Shown here: positions 40,301 to 50,500 of the stretch, one piece after another
Layout of the letters: each line of letters begins with the position of its first letter
Position numbering within the stretch: position 1 is the first letter of the stretch
From: Nitrosopumilus sp.
Lineage (GTDB): Archaea > Thermoproteota > Nitrososphaeria > Nitrososphaerales > Nitrosopumilaceae
DNA length: 64,000 nucleotides
Direction of reading: 5' to 3'
Assembly: GCA_963667665.2 (NCBI GenBank)
Contig: OY763927.2
Coordinates: forward strand, 480,001 to 544,000
Made by a program: the position numbers and the translations under genes
The notes under the pieces: generated by a model
What the model saw: the letters and a program-made list of their open reading frames with translations, nothing else
Databases searched by the model: none
What the model was told of the DNA's origin: nothing

Positions 40301-43300
40301 ACGCCTCTTCCTTCAACGGCAACATCTCCGGCTGGGATGTCTCAAAGGTGACTGACATGTCCGACATGTTCATCTTCGCCTACGACTTCAACCAGCCCCT
40401 CAACTCCTGGAACGTCTCGTCCGTGAAGAATATGGGCTGGATGTTCAACAGCGCCACCTCCTTCAACCAGACCCTCAACTCATGGGACGTCTCCTCTGTC
40501 GACAACATGGTTCGCATGTTCCGCGGCGCCGACTCCTTCAACCAGCCCCTCAACAACTGGGACGTCTCGAAGGTGACCAGCATGGTCAGCATGTTCTTCG
40601 GTACCTCCTCCTTCAACCAGAACCTCGGGAACTGGTACGTGACGCTGGATCCGGACACCATAGCAGGCACTGGCATACCAGGTGTGGTCGGGACTATATC
40701 GGCACAGAACCAACCGCTCAAAAACCACTCCCCGACATACGTAATTGTAGACGGCTTGGACAAGAACCACTTTGAGATAGCCACTGGAAATCAACTCAAC
40801 ATGACATCCGGCGTCTCTGGAAAGGCCGAGTACAGCGTCAACGTGACTGCCTCCGGCGGGAGTGTCTTTGAGTCCGGTAACAATTGGAGACTGCTGGAGA
40901 TTAAAGTTACAGATCAAACAACTGATACCACACTCCTGGCAGATGCGTTTGTGACCACGTGGAAGACGGCATCGGCAGACCAGAGCATCACCATCAACTT
41001 TGTGGGAGACGACATGAACATCTCCTGGGGCGACGGCGCAACTGAGACGAACCTCTCGGGATCCCAGACCCACACCTACACAGAGGCAGGCAATCACACG
41101 GTCTCTGTGACCGGCGGCCTGACAGGACTCACACTGGACAGGCCTGATTCCTCTGGCTTACCCGGCCCCGTACCCGAGCTTGCCTCGATAGACCAGTGGG
41201 GCGGCATATCCTGGACCAACATGAGTAACGCCTTTACCGGGGCCTCCAACATGACCTACATGGCCACTGACACGCCAGATCTGAGTCTTGTCACCGACAT
41301 GTCCGACATGTTCCGGAGCGCCTACGACTTCAACGGCGACCTCTCCTCATGGGACGTCTCGTCTGTCACCGACATGAGCCGCATGTTCCGTGGCGCCACC
41401 TCCTTCAACGGCGACCTCTCCTCATGGGACGTCTCGTCTGTCACCGACATGTCCAGCATGTTCCGTGGCGCCACCTCCTTCAACGGCGACCTCTCCTCCT
41501 GGGACGTCTCGAAGGTGACCAGCATGGCCACCATGTTCTTCGGTACCTCCTCCTTCAACCAGCCCCTCAACGCCTGGGACGTCTCCTCTGTCACCGCCAT
41601 GGACGACATGTTCGGAAACGCCACCGTCTTTGACCAACCCCTCAACGCCTGGGATGTCTCGTCTGTCACCGACATGACATTCATGTTCTTAGGCGCCTCC
41701 TCCTTCAACCAGCCTCTCAACAACTGGGACGTCTCAAGTGTGACCGACATGAGAAGCATGTTCGCCGGCGCCTCCTCCTTCAACCAGCCCCTCAACTCTT
41801 GGAACGTCTCGTCCGTGACCACCATGTTCCGCATGTTCGCAGGCGCCAGCTCCTTCAACCAGACCCTCGGGAACTGGTACGTGGTGCAGGACCCTCCCGT
41901 CCTGACTGCCAATGCGACGTTTTCCATCAGGGCGCAGAACAGTTACCTGGACGGCCTTGTGTCCACATACTCTATAGATGACACCAGGTTTGTCATGGAC
42001 GACAAGACACTCTCGCTTAACTCTACAAACCTGCCACCTGCAGGCATGTATCCACTGGACATAACTGCTCCTGCCGTACTGGGCGAGCCCAACGCAGACA
42101 CCCACACACGAACCATTACCATCACCGTAAGTGATCCCCCCGCCATGCCGTTTATCACCACATGGAGGACCGACTCTGCCAACCAGACGATCACCATCCC
42201 TGTGGGCGGCTCTACTGCCAGATACAGCATAGACTGGGGCGATAACAGCCCCGCCGAGACGGACATCACTGGTAACAGTACACACACCTATCGTGAGGCG
42301 GACAGCTACACCGTCTCCATATCAGGCGGCCTTGAGAGGATTTACCTTAACGGTCAGCAACCCAACGCAGGCAGGCTGGCATCAATCGAGCAGTGGGGCG
42401 ACACGAGATGGACCACCATGGACAGAGCGTTTGACGGGGCGACCAATATGGTGTACCGCGCAACCGACACGCCGGATCTGTCGGGAGTGACTGACATGGA
42501 CAGCATGTTCTTCGAAACCCACAGCTTCAACGGCGACCTCTCCTCCTGGGACGTCTCGAAGGTGACTGACATGTCCGACATGTTCATCTTCGCCACCTCC
42601 TTCAACGGCAACCTCTCCTCATGGGACGTCTCGGCAGTGACTGACATGTCCAGCATGTTCGATGGCGCCACCTCCTTTGACCAACCCCTCAACGCCTGGG
42701 ATGTATCCTCTGTCACCGCCATGTCCTACATGTTCGCAGGCGCCACCTCCTTCAACCAACCCCTCAACGCCTGGAACGTCTCCTCGGTCACCGACATGTT
42801 CGGCATGTTCAGCGCCGCCTCCTCCTTCAACCAGACCCTCAACTCTTGGGACGTCTCGTCCGTGACCGACATGACCGGCATGTTCCGCGGCGCCTCTTCC
42901 TTCAACGGCAACATCTCCGGCTGGGACGTCTCCTCTGTCACCAACATGAACGGGATGTTCCGGAGCGCCACCTCCTTCAACCAGCCCCTCAACTCTTGGA
43001 ACGTCTCGTCCGTGAACAGCATGAATGGCATGTTCGAAACCACATACTTCAACCAGACCCTCAACTCATGGGACGTCTCGTCCGTGAACGACATGTTCCG
43101 CATGTTCAATGAAGCCTTCTCCTTCAACCAGCCCCTCAACTCCTGGAACGTCTCGTCCGTGAAGAATATGGGTTGGATGTTCAACGACGCCACCTCCTTC
43201 AACCAGCCCCTCAACTCCTGGGATGTCTCGTCCGTGACCGACATGGCTCGCATGTTCAACAGCGCCACCTCCTTCAACCAGCCCCTCAATTCTTGGGACG

Positions 43301-46300
43301 TCTCGTCCGTGAACGACATGTTCCGCATGTTCAACGACGCCACCTCCTTCAACCAGCCCCTCAACTCTTGGAACGTCTCGAAGGTGATCAGCATGTTCCG
43401 CATGTTCACCAACGCCGACTCCTTCAACCAACCCCTCAACTCCTGGAACGTCTCGCGCGTGACCAACATGGACGACATGTTCAATTTCGCCACCGCGTTC
43501 TCGCAGAACCTCGGGGAATGGTACGTGACGCTGGATCCGGACACCATAGCAGGCACTGGCATACCAGGTGTGGTCGGGACTATATCAGCACAGAACCAAC
43601 CGCTCAAAAACCACTCCCCGACATACGTAATTGTAGACGGCTTGGACAAGAACCACTTTGAGATAGTCCTTGGAAATCAACTCAACATGACATCCGGCGT
43701 CTCTAGAGAGGCCGAGTACAGCGTTAACGTGACTGCCTCGGGTTCAAACGTCTTTGAGTCCGGTAACAATTGGAGACTGCTGGAGATTAAAGTTACAGGT
43801 CAAATAACTGATACCACACTCCTGGCAGATGCGTTTGCCACCACGTGGAAGACGGCATCGGCAGACCAGAGCATCACCATCAACTTTGTGGGAGACGACA
43901 TGAACATCTCCTGGGGCGACGGCGCAACTGAGACGAACCTCTCGGGATCCCAGACCCACACCTACATAAATGCAGGCAACCACACGGTCTCTGTGACCGG
44001 CGGCCTGACAGGACTCACACTGGACAGGCCTGATTTCTTTGGCTTACCCGGCCTCGTACCCGAGCTTGCCTCGATAGACCAGTGGGGCGGCATATCCTGG
44101 ACCAACATGAGTAACACCTTTGCCGGGGCCACCAACATGACCTACATGGCCACTGACACGCCAGATCTGAGTCTTGTCACCGACATGTCCGACATGTTCC
44201 GGAGCGCCTACGACTTCAACGGCGACCTCTCATCCTGGGACGTCTCCTCTGTCACCGACATGTCCGAAATGTTCTATTACGCCACCTCCTTCAACCAGCC
44301 CCTCAACGCCTGGGATGTCTCCTCTGTCATCGACATGTTCAACATGTTCTCAGGCGCCACCGCCTTCAACCAGCCCCTCAACGACTGGGACGTCTCCTCG
44401 GTCACGGAAATGGACGGCATGTTCGCCATCGCCTCCTCCTTCAACCAGCCCCTCAACGACTGGGATGTCTCGTCTGTCACCGACATGGCCGAAATGTTCT
44501 ATTACGCCACCTCCTTCAACCAAACCATCTCCTCTTGGAACGTCTCGTCCGTGAACAGCATGGATGGCATGTTCGAAGCCACCTCCTTCAACCAGCCCCT
44601 CAACTCATGGGACGTCTCGTCCGTGAACAGCATGGATGGCATGTTCGGAGACGCCACCGCCTTTGACCAACCCCTCAACGCCTGGGATGTCTCGTCTGTC
44701 ACCGACATGTTCGGCATGTTTAGCTTCGCCGACTCCTTCAACCAACCCCTCAACTCCTGGGACGTCTCCTCTGTCACCAACATGGAAGACATGTTCGGAG
44801 ACGCCACCTCCTTCAACCAACCCCTCAACTCCTGGGACGTCTCGCGCGTGACCAACATGAATGACATGTTCTATTTCGCCACCGCCTTTGATCAGAATCT
44901 GGCCAACTGGTACGTGGTGCAGGACCCTCCCGTCCTGACTGCCAACGCGACGTTTTCCATCAGGGCGCAGAACAGTTACCTGGACGGCCTTGTGTCCACA
45001 TACTCTATAGATGACACCAGGTTTGTCATGGACGACAAGACACTCTCACTCAACTCTACAAACCTGCCACCTGCAGGCATGTATCCTCTGGACATAACTG
45101 CTCCTGCCGTACTGGGCGAGCCCAACGCCGGAGAGGAAGGCCACACGCGGACACTCAGCGTCACCGTCAAGGAGGAGCACCTGCCGTTTATCACCACGTG
45201 GAGGACGGAATCGGCAGACCAGAGCATCACCATCAACTTTGTGGGATCCGACATGAACATCTCCTGGGGCGACGGCGCAACTGAGACGAACCTCTCGGGA
45301 TCCCAGACCCACACCTACACAGAGGCAGGCAATCACACGGTCTCTGTGACCGGCGGCCTGACAGGACTCACACTGGACAGGCCTGATTTCTTTGGCAGCC
45401 CCATCGGCCCCGTACCCGAGCTTGCCTCGATAGACCAGTGGGGCGGCATATCCTGGACCAACATGAGTAACACCTTTGCCGGGGCCTCCAACATGATTTA
45501 TAATGCAACTGACACGCCAGATCTGAGTCTTGTCACCGACATGTCCGACATGTTCCAGAGAGCCACCTCCTTTGATGGCGACCTCTCATCCTGGGACGTC
45601 TCCTCTGTCACCGACATGTCCAACATGTTCCAGAGAGCCACCTCCTTTGATGGCGACCTCTCATCCTGGGACGTCTCCTCTGTCACCGACATGCACCGCA
45701 TGTTCGATGGCGCCACCTCCTTCAACGGCGACCTCTCCTCCTGGGACGTCACGAAGGTGACTGACATGTCCTACATGTTCATCTTCGCCACCTCCTTCAA
45801 CGGCAACCTCTCCTCATGGGACGTCTCGGCAGTGACTGACATGTCCAGCATGTTCGATGGCGCCACCTCCTTTGACCAACCCCTCAACGCCTGGGGTGTA
45901 TCCTCTGTCACCGCCATGTCCTACATGTTCTCAGGCGCCACCTCCTTTGACCGGCCCCTCAACGCCTGGGGTGTATCCTCTGTCACCGACATGTCCGGCA
46001 TGTTCTCAGGCGCCACCTCCTTTGACCGGCCCCTCAACACCTGGGACGTCTCCTCGGTCACCGACATGTCCGGCATGTTCAGCGCCGCCTCCTCCTTCAA
46101 CCAGCCCCTCAACACCTGGGACGTCTCCTCGACAACTGACATGACCCGCATGTTCTCAGGCGCCACCTCCTTTGACCGGCCCCTTGATGACTGGAACGTC
46201 TCCTCGACAACTGACATGACCCGCATGTTCTCAGGCGCCACCTCCTTTGACCAACCCCTCAACTCCTGGGATGTCTCCTCTGTCGACAACATGTCCTACA

Positions 46301-47532
46301 TGTTCTATTACGCCACCTCCTTTGACCGGCCCCTCAACACCTGGGACGTCTCGTCCGTGACCACCATGTTCCGCATGTTCACCCACGCCGACTCCTTCAA
46401 CCAGCCCCTCAACGACTGGGATGTCTCCTCTGTCACCAGCATGGCCGACATGTTTAGCTTCGCCACCTTCTTTGATCAGAACCTCGGGGAATGGTACGTG
46501 ACGCTGGATCCGGACACCATAGCAGACACTGGCATACCAGGTGTGGTCGGGACTATATCGGCACAGAACCAACCGCTCAAAAACCACTCCCCGACATACG
46601 TAATTGTAGACGGCTTGGACAAGAACCACTTTGAGATAGCCCCTGGAAATCAACTCAACATGACATCCGGCGTCTCTGGAAAGGCCGAGTACAGCGTCAA
46701 CGTGGCTGCCTCGGGTTCAAACGTCTTTGAGGACGGTAACAACTGGCGCGTCTTGGTAGTCAAGGTGTCCGGCGACATCAACGCTCCCCCAGTGCTGAAT
46801 ACCATCGATGACCAGACTGTGAACGAATTTGTAGAGCTCACCTTTACTGCCACTGCATCTGACGATGACTCTTTGACATTCTCATTTGATGGAACATTCC
46901 CATCAGGTGCTGCCATCACAGATGATGGTAATTTCACGTGGACTCCGACTGAGTTGCAGGACGGAGACCACACCATAACGGTTCAGGTGACAGACGGCAG
47001 CCTGACAGATTCTGAGACGTTGACGGTGACTGTAAACGAGGTCAACGTGGCTCCGGTGCTGAATGCCATCGGTGACAAGGGCACAAGCGAACTTGTAGAG
47101 CTCACCTTTACTGCCACAGCCTCAGATACCGATGTGGTGGACAATGTCGTTAACACTTTGACATTCTCATTTGATGGAACATTCCCATCAGGTGCTGCCA
47201 TCACAGATGATGGTAATTTCACGTGGACTCCGACTGAGTCGCAGGTGGGATCCCATGACATAACGGTTCAGGTGACAGACGGCAGCCTGACAGATTCTGA
47301 GACGTTGACGGTGACGGTGCGTGATGTTAATGTGGCTCCGGTGCTAAATACCATCGATGACCAGACTGTGAACGAATTTGTAGAGCTCACCTTTACTGCC
47401 ACTGCATCTGACGATGACTCTTTGACATTCTCATTTGATGGAACATTCCCATCAGGTGCTGCCATCACAGACTTGCAGGACCGGATGGTAATTTCACGTG
47501 ACTCCGACTGCAGGACGGAGACCACACCATAA
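37351..47532 (+). CDS. giant surface protein/adhesin, intact N-terminal 3393 aa: signal peptide, Ig-like domain, 5 propeller repeats, six PKD+DUF285(BspA-like LRR)+cadherin-like modules, Ig repeats
   Basis: Hydrophobic N-terminus; GMAFSNDGAKMFVVG repeats; FVTTW...DWGDG; WDVSSVTDMxxMFxxATSFN repeats; N.APVL...GAAIT..G.FTWTP repeats. Confidence 0.9.
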   Translation: MKIFLLVAVFAVSLMVIGVGDAEVQHTVKPGQIVASDPAPYHLTGNTWSIPDLSASQSGYAFAQTPDSTPPTFVSSELDTATRVLTITFSETIDATNVDAAKIHIRESGTYTGGITLTANELVTTTNASTISFTLTMPHLETVKGLTTPELTVEPGAVRDTSGNLIVGTFDVSTASYAGNGERFSVSGQENSPQGMAFSNDGAKMFVVGWFGEDISEYTLSTPFDVSTASYAGNGERFSVSEQDPAPRGMAFSNDGAKMFIVGDHGNDISEYTLSTPFDVSTATFANVVFSVSGQDETPTGMAFSNDGTKMFVVGWDADNINEYTLSTPFDVSTATFDDVVFSVSMQETTPTGMAFSNDGAKMFVVGTVGDDINEYTLSTPFDVSTASYAGNGERFSVSGQERTPTGMAFSNNGAKMFVIGTVGDDINEYTLSSVYPITVTSPPAGAFVTTWRTTTADKSITLPISGSGMTVDWGDGNTTASGSVNHIYNTAGDYTIQVTGGLERFHLNNAADASKLVSLDQWGNTTWTTMENAFYGADNMVYMATDTPDLSEVTNMREMFNEASNFNGNLSTWNVSKVTDMSYMFADATSFNGTLSGWDVSSVTVIYNMFEGATSFNQDISGWNVSGVTDMDDMFKGATSFNGTLSGWDVSGVTDMDEMFKGATSFNGTLSGWDVSSVTVIYSMFEGATSFNQDISGWDVSSVTVIHSMFEGATSFNQDISGWDVSGVTDMYDMFKGATSFNQDISGWDVSSANSMESMFFGASSFNQNLGNWFIVLDSNTFAADVDMLHISTQNDYLDQAKPSYTIGDTQFVIDLDPVITLNSSATVPDGSYQVTITVDMLDFGPATHSLNTEIHVQVNTPPTAFVTTWRTTATDKSITLPISGSDMTVYWGDGNTATGVSAPVDHTYNTAGDYTIQVTGGLERFHLNNDADASKLVSLDQWGNTTWTTMENAFYGANNMVYNAADSPDLSTVTDMSGMFGDASSFNGNISGWDVSKVTDMSDMFIFAYDFNQPLNSWNVSSVKNMGWMFNSATSFNQTLNSWDVSSVDNMVRMFRGADSFNQPLNNWDVSKVTSMVSMFFGTSSFNQNLGNWYVTLDPDTIAGTGIPGVVGTISAQNQPLKNHSPTYVIVDGLDKNHFEIATGNQLNMTSGVSGKAEYSVNVTASGGSVFESGNNWRLLEIKVTDQTTDTTLLADAFVTTWKTASADQSITINFVGDDMNISWGDGATETNLSGSQTHTYTEAGNHTVSVTGGLTGLTLDRPDSSGLPGPVPELASIDQWGGISWTNMSNAFTGASNMTYMATDTPDLSLVTDMSDMFRSAYDFNGDLSSWDVSSVTDMSRMFRGATSFNGDLSSWDVSSVTDMSSMFRGATSFNGDLSSWDVSKVTSMATMFFGTSSFNQPLNAWDVSSVTAMDDMFGNATVFDQPLNAWDVSSVTDMTFMFLGASSFNQPLNNWDVSSVTDMRSMFAGASSFNQPLNSWNVSSVTTMFRMFAGASSFNQTLGNWYVVQDPPVLTANATFSIRAQNSYLDGLVSTYSIDDTRFVMDDKTLSLNSTNLPPAGMYPLDITAPAVLGEPNADTHTRTITITVSDPPAMPFITTWRTDSANQTITIPVGGSTARYSIDWGDNSPAETDITGNSTHTYREADSYTVSISGGLERIYLNGQQPNAGRLASIEQWGDTRWTTMDRAFDGATNMVYRATDTPDLSGVTDMDSMFFETHSFNGDLSSWDVSKVTDMSDMFIFATSFNGNLSSWDVSAVTDMSSMFDGATSFDQPLNAWDVSSVTAMSYMFAGATSFNQPLNAWNVSSVTDMFGMFSAASSFNQTLNSWDVSSVTDMTGMFRGASSFNGNISGWDVSSVTNMNGMFRSATSFNQPLNSWNVSSVNSMNGMFETTYFNQTLNSWDVSSVNDMFRMFNEAFSFNQPLNSWNVSSVKNMGWMFNDATSFNQPLNSWDVSSVTDMARMFNSATSFNQPLNSWDVSSVNDMFRMFNDATSFNQPLNSWNVSKVISMFRMFTNADSFNQPLNSWNVSRVTNMDDMFNFATAFSQNLGEWYVTLDPDTIAGTGIPGVVGTISAQNQPLKNHSPTYVIVDGLDKNHFEIVLGNQLNMTSGVSREAEYSVNVTASGSNVFESGNNWRLLEIKVTGQITDTTLLADAFATTWKTASADQSITINFVGDDMNISWGDGATETNLSGSQTHTYINAGNHTVSVTGGLTGLTLDRPDFFGLPGLVPELASIDQWGGISWTNMSNTFAGATNMTYMATDTPDLSLVTDMSDMFRSAYDFNGDLSSWDVSSVTDMSEMFYYATSFNQPLNAWDVSSVIDMFNMFSGATAFNQPLNDWDVSSVTEMDGMFAIASSFNQPLNDWDVSSVTDMAEMFYYATSFNQTISSWNVSSVNSMDGMFEATSFNQPLNSWDVSSVNSMDGMFGDATAFDQPLNAWDVSSVTDMFGMFSFADSFNQPLNSWDVSSVTNMEDMFGDATSFNQPLNSWDVSRVTNMNDMFYFATAFDQNLANWYVVQDPPVLTANATFSIRAQNSYLDGLVSTYSIDDTRFVMDDKTLSLNSTNLPPAGMYPLDITAPAVLGEPNAGEEGHTRTLSVTVKEEHLPFITTWRTESADQSITINFVGSDMNISWGDGATETNLSGSQTHTYTEAGNHTVSVTGGLTGLTLDRPDFFGSPIGPVPELASIDQWGGISWTNMSNTFAGASNMIYNATDTPDLSLVTDMSDMFQRATSFDGDLSSWDVSSVTDMSNMFQRATSFDGDLSSWDVSSVTDMHRMFDGATSFNGDLSSWDVTKVTDMSYMFIFATSFNGNLSSWDVSAVTDMSSMFDGATSFDQPLNAWGVSSVTAMSYMFSGATSFDRPLNAWGVSSVTDMSGMFSGATSFDRPLNTWDVSSVTDMSGMFSAASSFNQPLNTWDVSSTTDMTRMFSGATSFDRPLDDWNVSSTTDMTRMFSGATSFDQPLNSWDVSSVDNMSYMFYYATSFDRPLNTWDVSSVTTMFRMFTHADSFNQPLNDWDVSSVTSMADMFSFATFFDQNLGEWYVTLDPDTIADTGIPGVVGTISAQNQPLKNHSPTYVIVDGLDKNHFEIAPGNQLNMTSGVSGKAEYSVNVAASGSNVFEDGNNWRVLVVKVSGDINAPPVLNTIDDQTVNEFVELTFTATASDDDSLTFSFDGTFPSGAAITDDGNFTWTPTELQDGDHTITVQVTDGSLTDSETLTVTVNEVNVAPVLNAIGDKGTSELVELTFTATASDTDVVDNVVNTLTFSFDGTFPSGAAITDDGNFTWTPTESQVGSHDITVQVTDGSLTDSETLTVTVRDVNVAPVLNTIDDQTVNEFVELTFTATASDDDSLTFSFDGTFPSGAAITDLQDRMVISRDSDCRTETTP
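37861..38650 (+). repeat. five ~52-54-aa beta-propeller blade repeats
   Basis: DVSTA...FSVS.Q...P.GMAFSNDGAKMF...EYTLSTPF starting at 37861, 38023, 38185, 38341, 38497. Confidence 0.85.
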
Positions 47533-50500
47533 CGGTTCAGGTGACAGACGGCAGCCTGACAGATTCTGAGACGTTGACGGTGACTGTAAACGAGGTCAAC
47601 GTGGCTCCGGTGCTGAATGCCATCGGTGACAAGGGCACAAGCGAACTTGTAGAGCTCACCTTTACTGCCACAGCCTCAGATACCGATGTGGTGGACAATG
47701 TCGTTAACACTTTGACATTCTCATTTGATGGAACATTCCCATCAGGTGCTGCCATCACAGATGATGGTAATTTCACGTGGACTCCGACTGAGTTGCAGAC
47801 GGAGACCACACCATAACGGTTCAGGTGACAGACGGCAGCCTGACAGATTCTGAGGTTGACGGTGTAAACGAGGTCAACGTGGCTCCGGTGCTGAATGCCA
47901 TCGGTGACAAGGGCACAAGCGAACTTGTAGAGCTCACCTTTACTGCCACAGCCTCAGATACCGATGTGGTGGACAATGTCACACTTTGACATTCTCATTT
48001 GATGGAACATTCCCATCAGGTGCTGCCATCACAGATGATAATTTCACGGATGACAGAGCCTGACAGATTCTGAGACTGTTGACGGTGACTGTAAACGAGG
48101 TCAATGTGGCTCCGGTGCTCATACCATCGATGATCTGAACGAATTTGTGCTCACCTTTACTGCCACGATGACTCTTTGACATTCTCATTTGATGGAACAT
48201 TCCCATCAGGTGCTGCCATCACAGATGATGGTAATTTCACGTGGACTCCGACTGAGTTGCAGGACGGAGACCACACCATAACGGTTCAGGTGACAGACGG
48301 CAGCCTGACAGATTCTGAGACGTTGACGGTGACTGTAAACGAGGTCAACGTGGCTCCGGTGCTGAATGCCATCGGTGACAAGGACACAAGCGAACTTGTA
48401 GAGCTCACCTTTACTGCCACAGCCTCAGATACCGATGTGGTGGACAATGTCGTTAACACTTTGACATTCTCATTTGATGGAACATTCCCATCAGGTGCTG
48501 CCATCACAGATGATGGTAATTTCACGTGGACTCCGACTGAGTTGCAGGACGGAGACCACACCATAACGGTTCAGGTGACGGAGACGGTGACTGTAAACGA
48601 GGTCAACGTGGCTCCGGTGACAAGGGCACAAGCGAACACGGTCACAACCAGCCTGACAGATTCAGGTGAGAGCCTGACAGATTGACGGTGACTGTAAACG
48701 AGGTCAATGTGGCTCCGGTGCTAAATACCATCGATGATCAGACTGTGAACGAATTTGTAGAGCTCACCTTTACTGCCACTGCATCTGACGATGACTCTTT
48801 GACATTCTCATTTGATGGAACATTCCCATCAGGTGCTGCCATCACAGATGATGGTAATTTCACGTGGACCCCGACTGAGTCGCAGGACGGAGACCACACC
48901 ATAACGGTTCAGGTGACAGACGGCAGCCTGACAGATTCTGAGACGTTGACGGTGACTGTAAACGAGGTCAACGTGGCTCCGGTGCTGAATGCCATCGGTG
49001 ACAAGGGCACAAGCGAACTTGTAGAGCTCACCTTTACTGCCACAGCCTCAGATACCATCGGTGACGTTAACACTTTGACATTCTCATTTGATGGAACATT
49101 CCCATCAGGTGCTGCCATCACAGATGATGGTAATTTCACGTGGACTCCGACTGAGTCGCAGGACGGAGACCACACCATAACGGTTCAGGTGACAGATACC
49201 GATGTGGTGAGACGTTGACGGTGACTGTAAACGAGGTCAATGTGGCTCCGGTGTCGGTGACAAGGGCACAAGCGAACTTGTAGAGCTCACCTTTACTGCC
49301 ACAGCCATCTGATGTGGTGACAATGTTTGACATTCTCATTTGATGGAACATTCCCATCAGGTGCTGCCATCACAGATGATGGTAATTTCACGTGGACTCC
49401 GACTGAGTCGCAGGACGGAGACCACACCATAACGGTTCAGGTGACAGACGGACAGATTCTGAGACGTTGACGGTGACGGTGCGTGATGTTAATGTGGCTC
49501 CGGTGCTAAATACCATCGATGATCAGACTGTGAACGAATTTGTAGAGCTCACCTTTACTGCCACTGCATCTGACGATGACTCTTTGACATTCTCATTTGA
49601 TGGAACATTCCCATCAGGTGCTGCCATCACAGATGATGGTAATTTCACGTGGACCCCGACTGAGTCGCAGGCCATCAGGTGACAGACGGCAGCCTGACAG
49701 ATTCAGACGTTGACACTGACGAGCCTGACCAGATTCTGAGACGTTGACGGTGACTGTAAACGAGGTCAACGTGGCTCCGGTGCTGAATGCCATCGGTGAC
49801 AAGGGCACAAGCGAACTTGTAGAGCTCACCTTTACTGCCACAGCCTCAGATACCGATGTGGTGGACAATGTCGTTAACACTTTGACATTCTCATTTGATG
49901 GAACATTCCCATCAGGTGCTGCCATCACGTCTGCAGGTGTATTCACGTGGACCCCGACTGAGTCGCAGGACGGAGACCACACCATAACGGTTCAGGTGAC
50001 AGACGGCAGCCTGACAGATTCTGAGACGTTGACGGTGACGGTGAAAGATACCACAGCACCTGTCACCACACTCCCGGCAGATGCGTTTATCACCACATGG
50101 AGGACCGACTCTGCCAACCAGACGATCACCATCCCTGTGGGCGGCTCTACTGCCAGATACAGCATAGACTGGGGCGATAACAGCCCCGCCGAGACGGACA
50201 TCACTGGTGACAGTACACACACCTATCGTGAGGCTCAGCTACACCGTCTCCATATCAGGCGGCCTTGAGAGGATTTACCTTGACGGTCAGCAACCCAACG
50301 CAGGCAGGCTGGCATCAATCGAGCAGTGGGGCGACACGAGATGGACCACCATGGATGCTGCGTTTTACGGGGCCCGCAACATGGTCTACAACGCAGCCGA
50401 CTCTCCAGACCTCTCCACAGTCACCGACATGTCCGGCATGTTCGGTGACGCCATCGCCTTCAACGGCGACCTCTCCTCCTGGGACGTCTCGAAGGTGACT

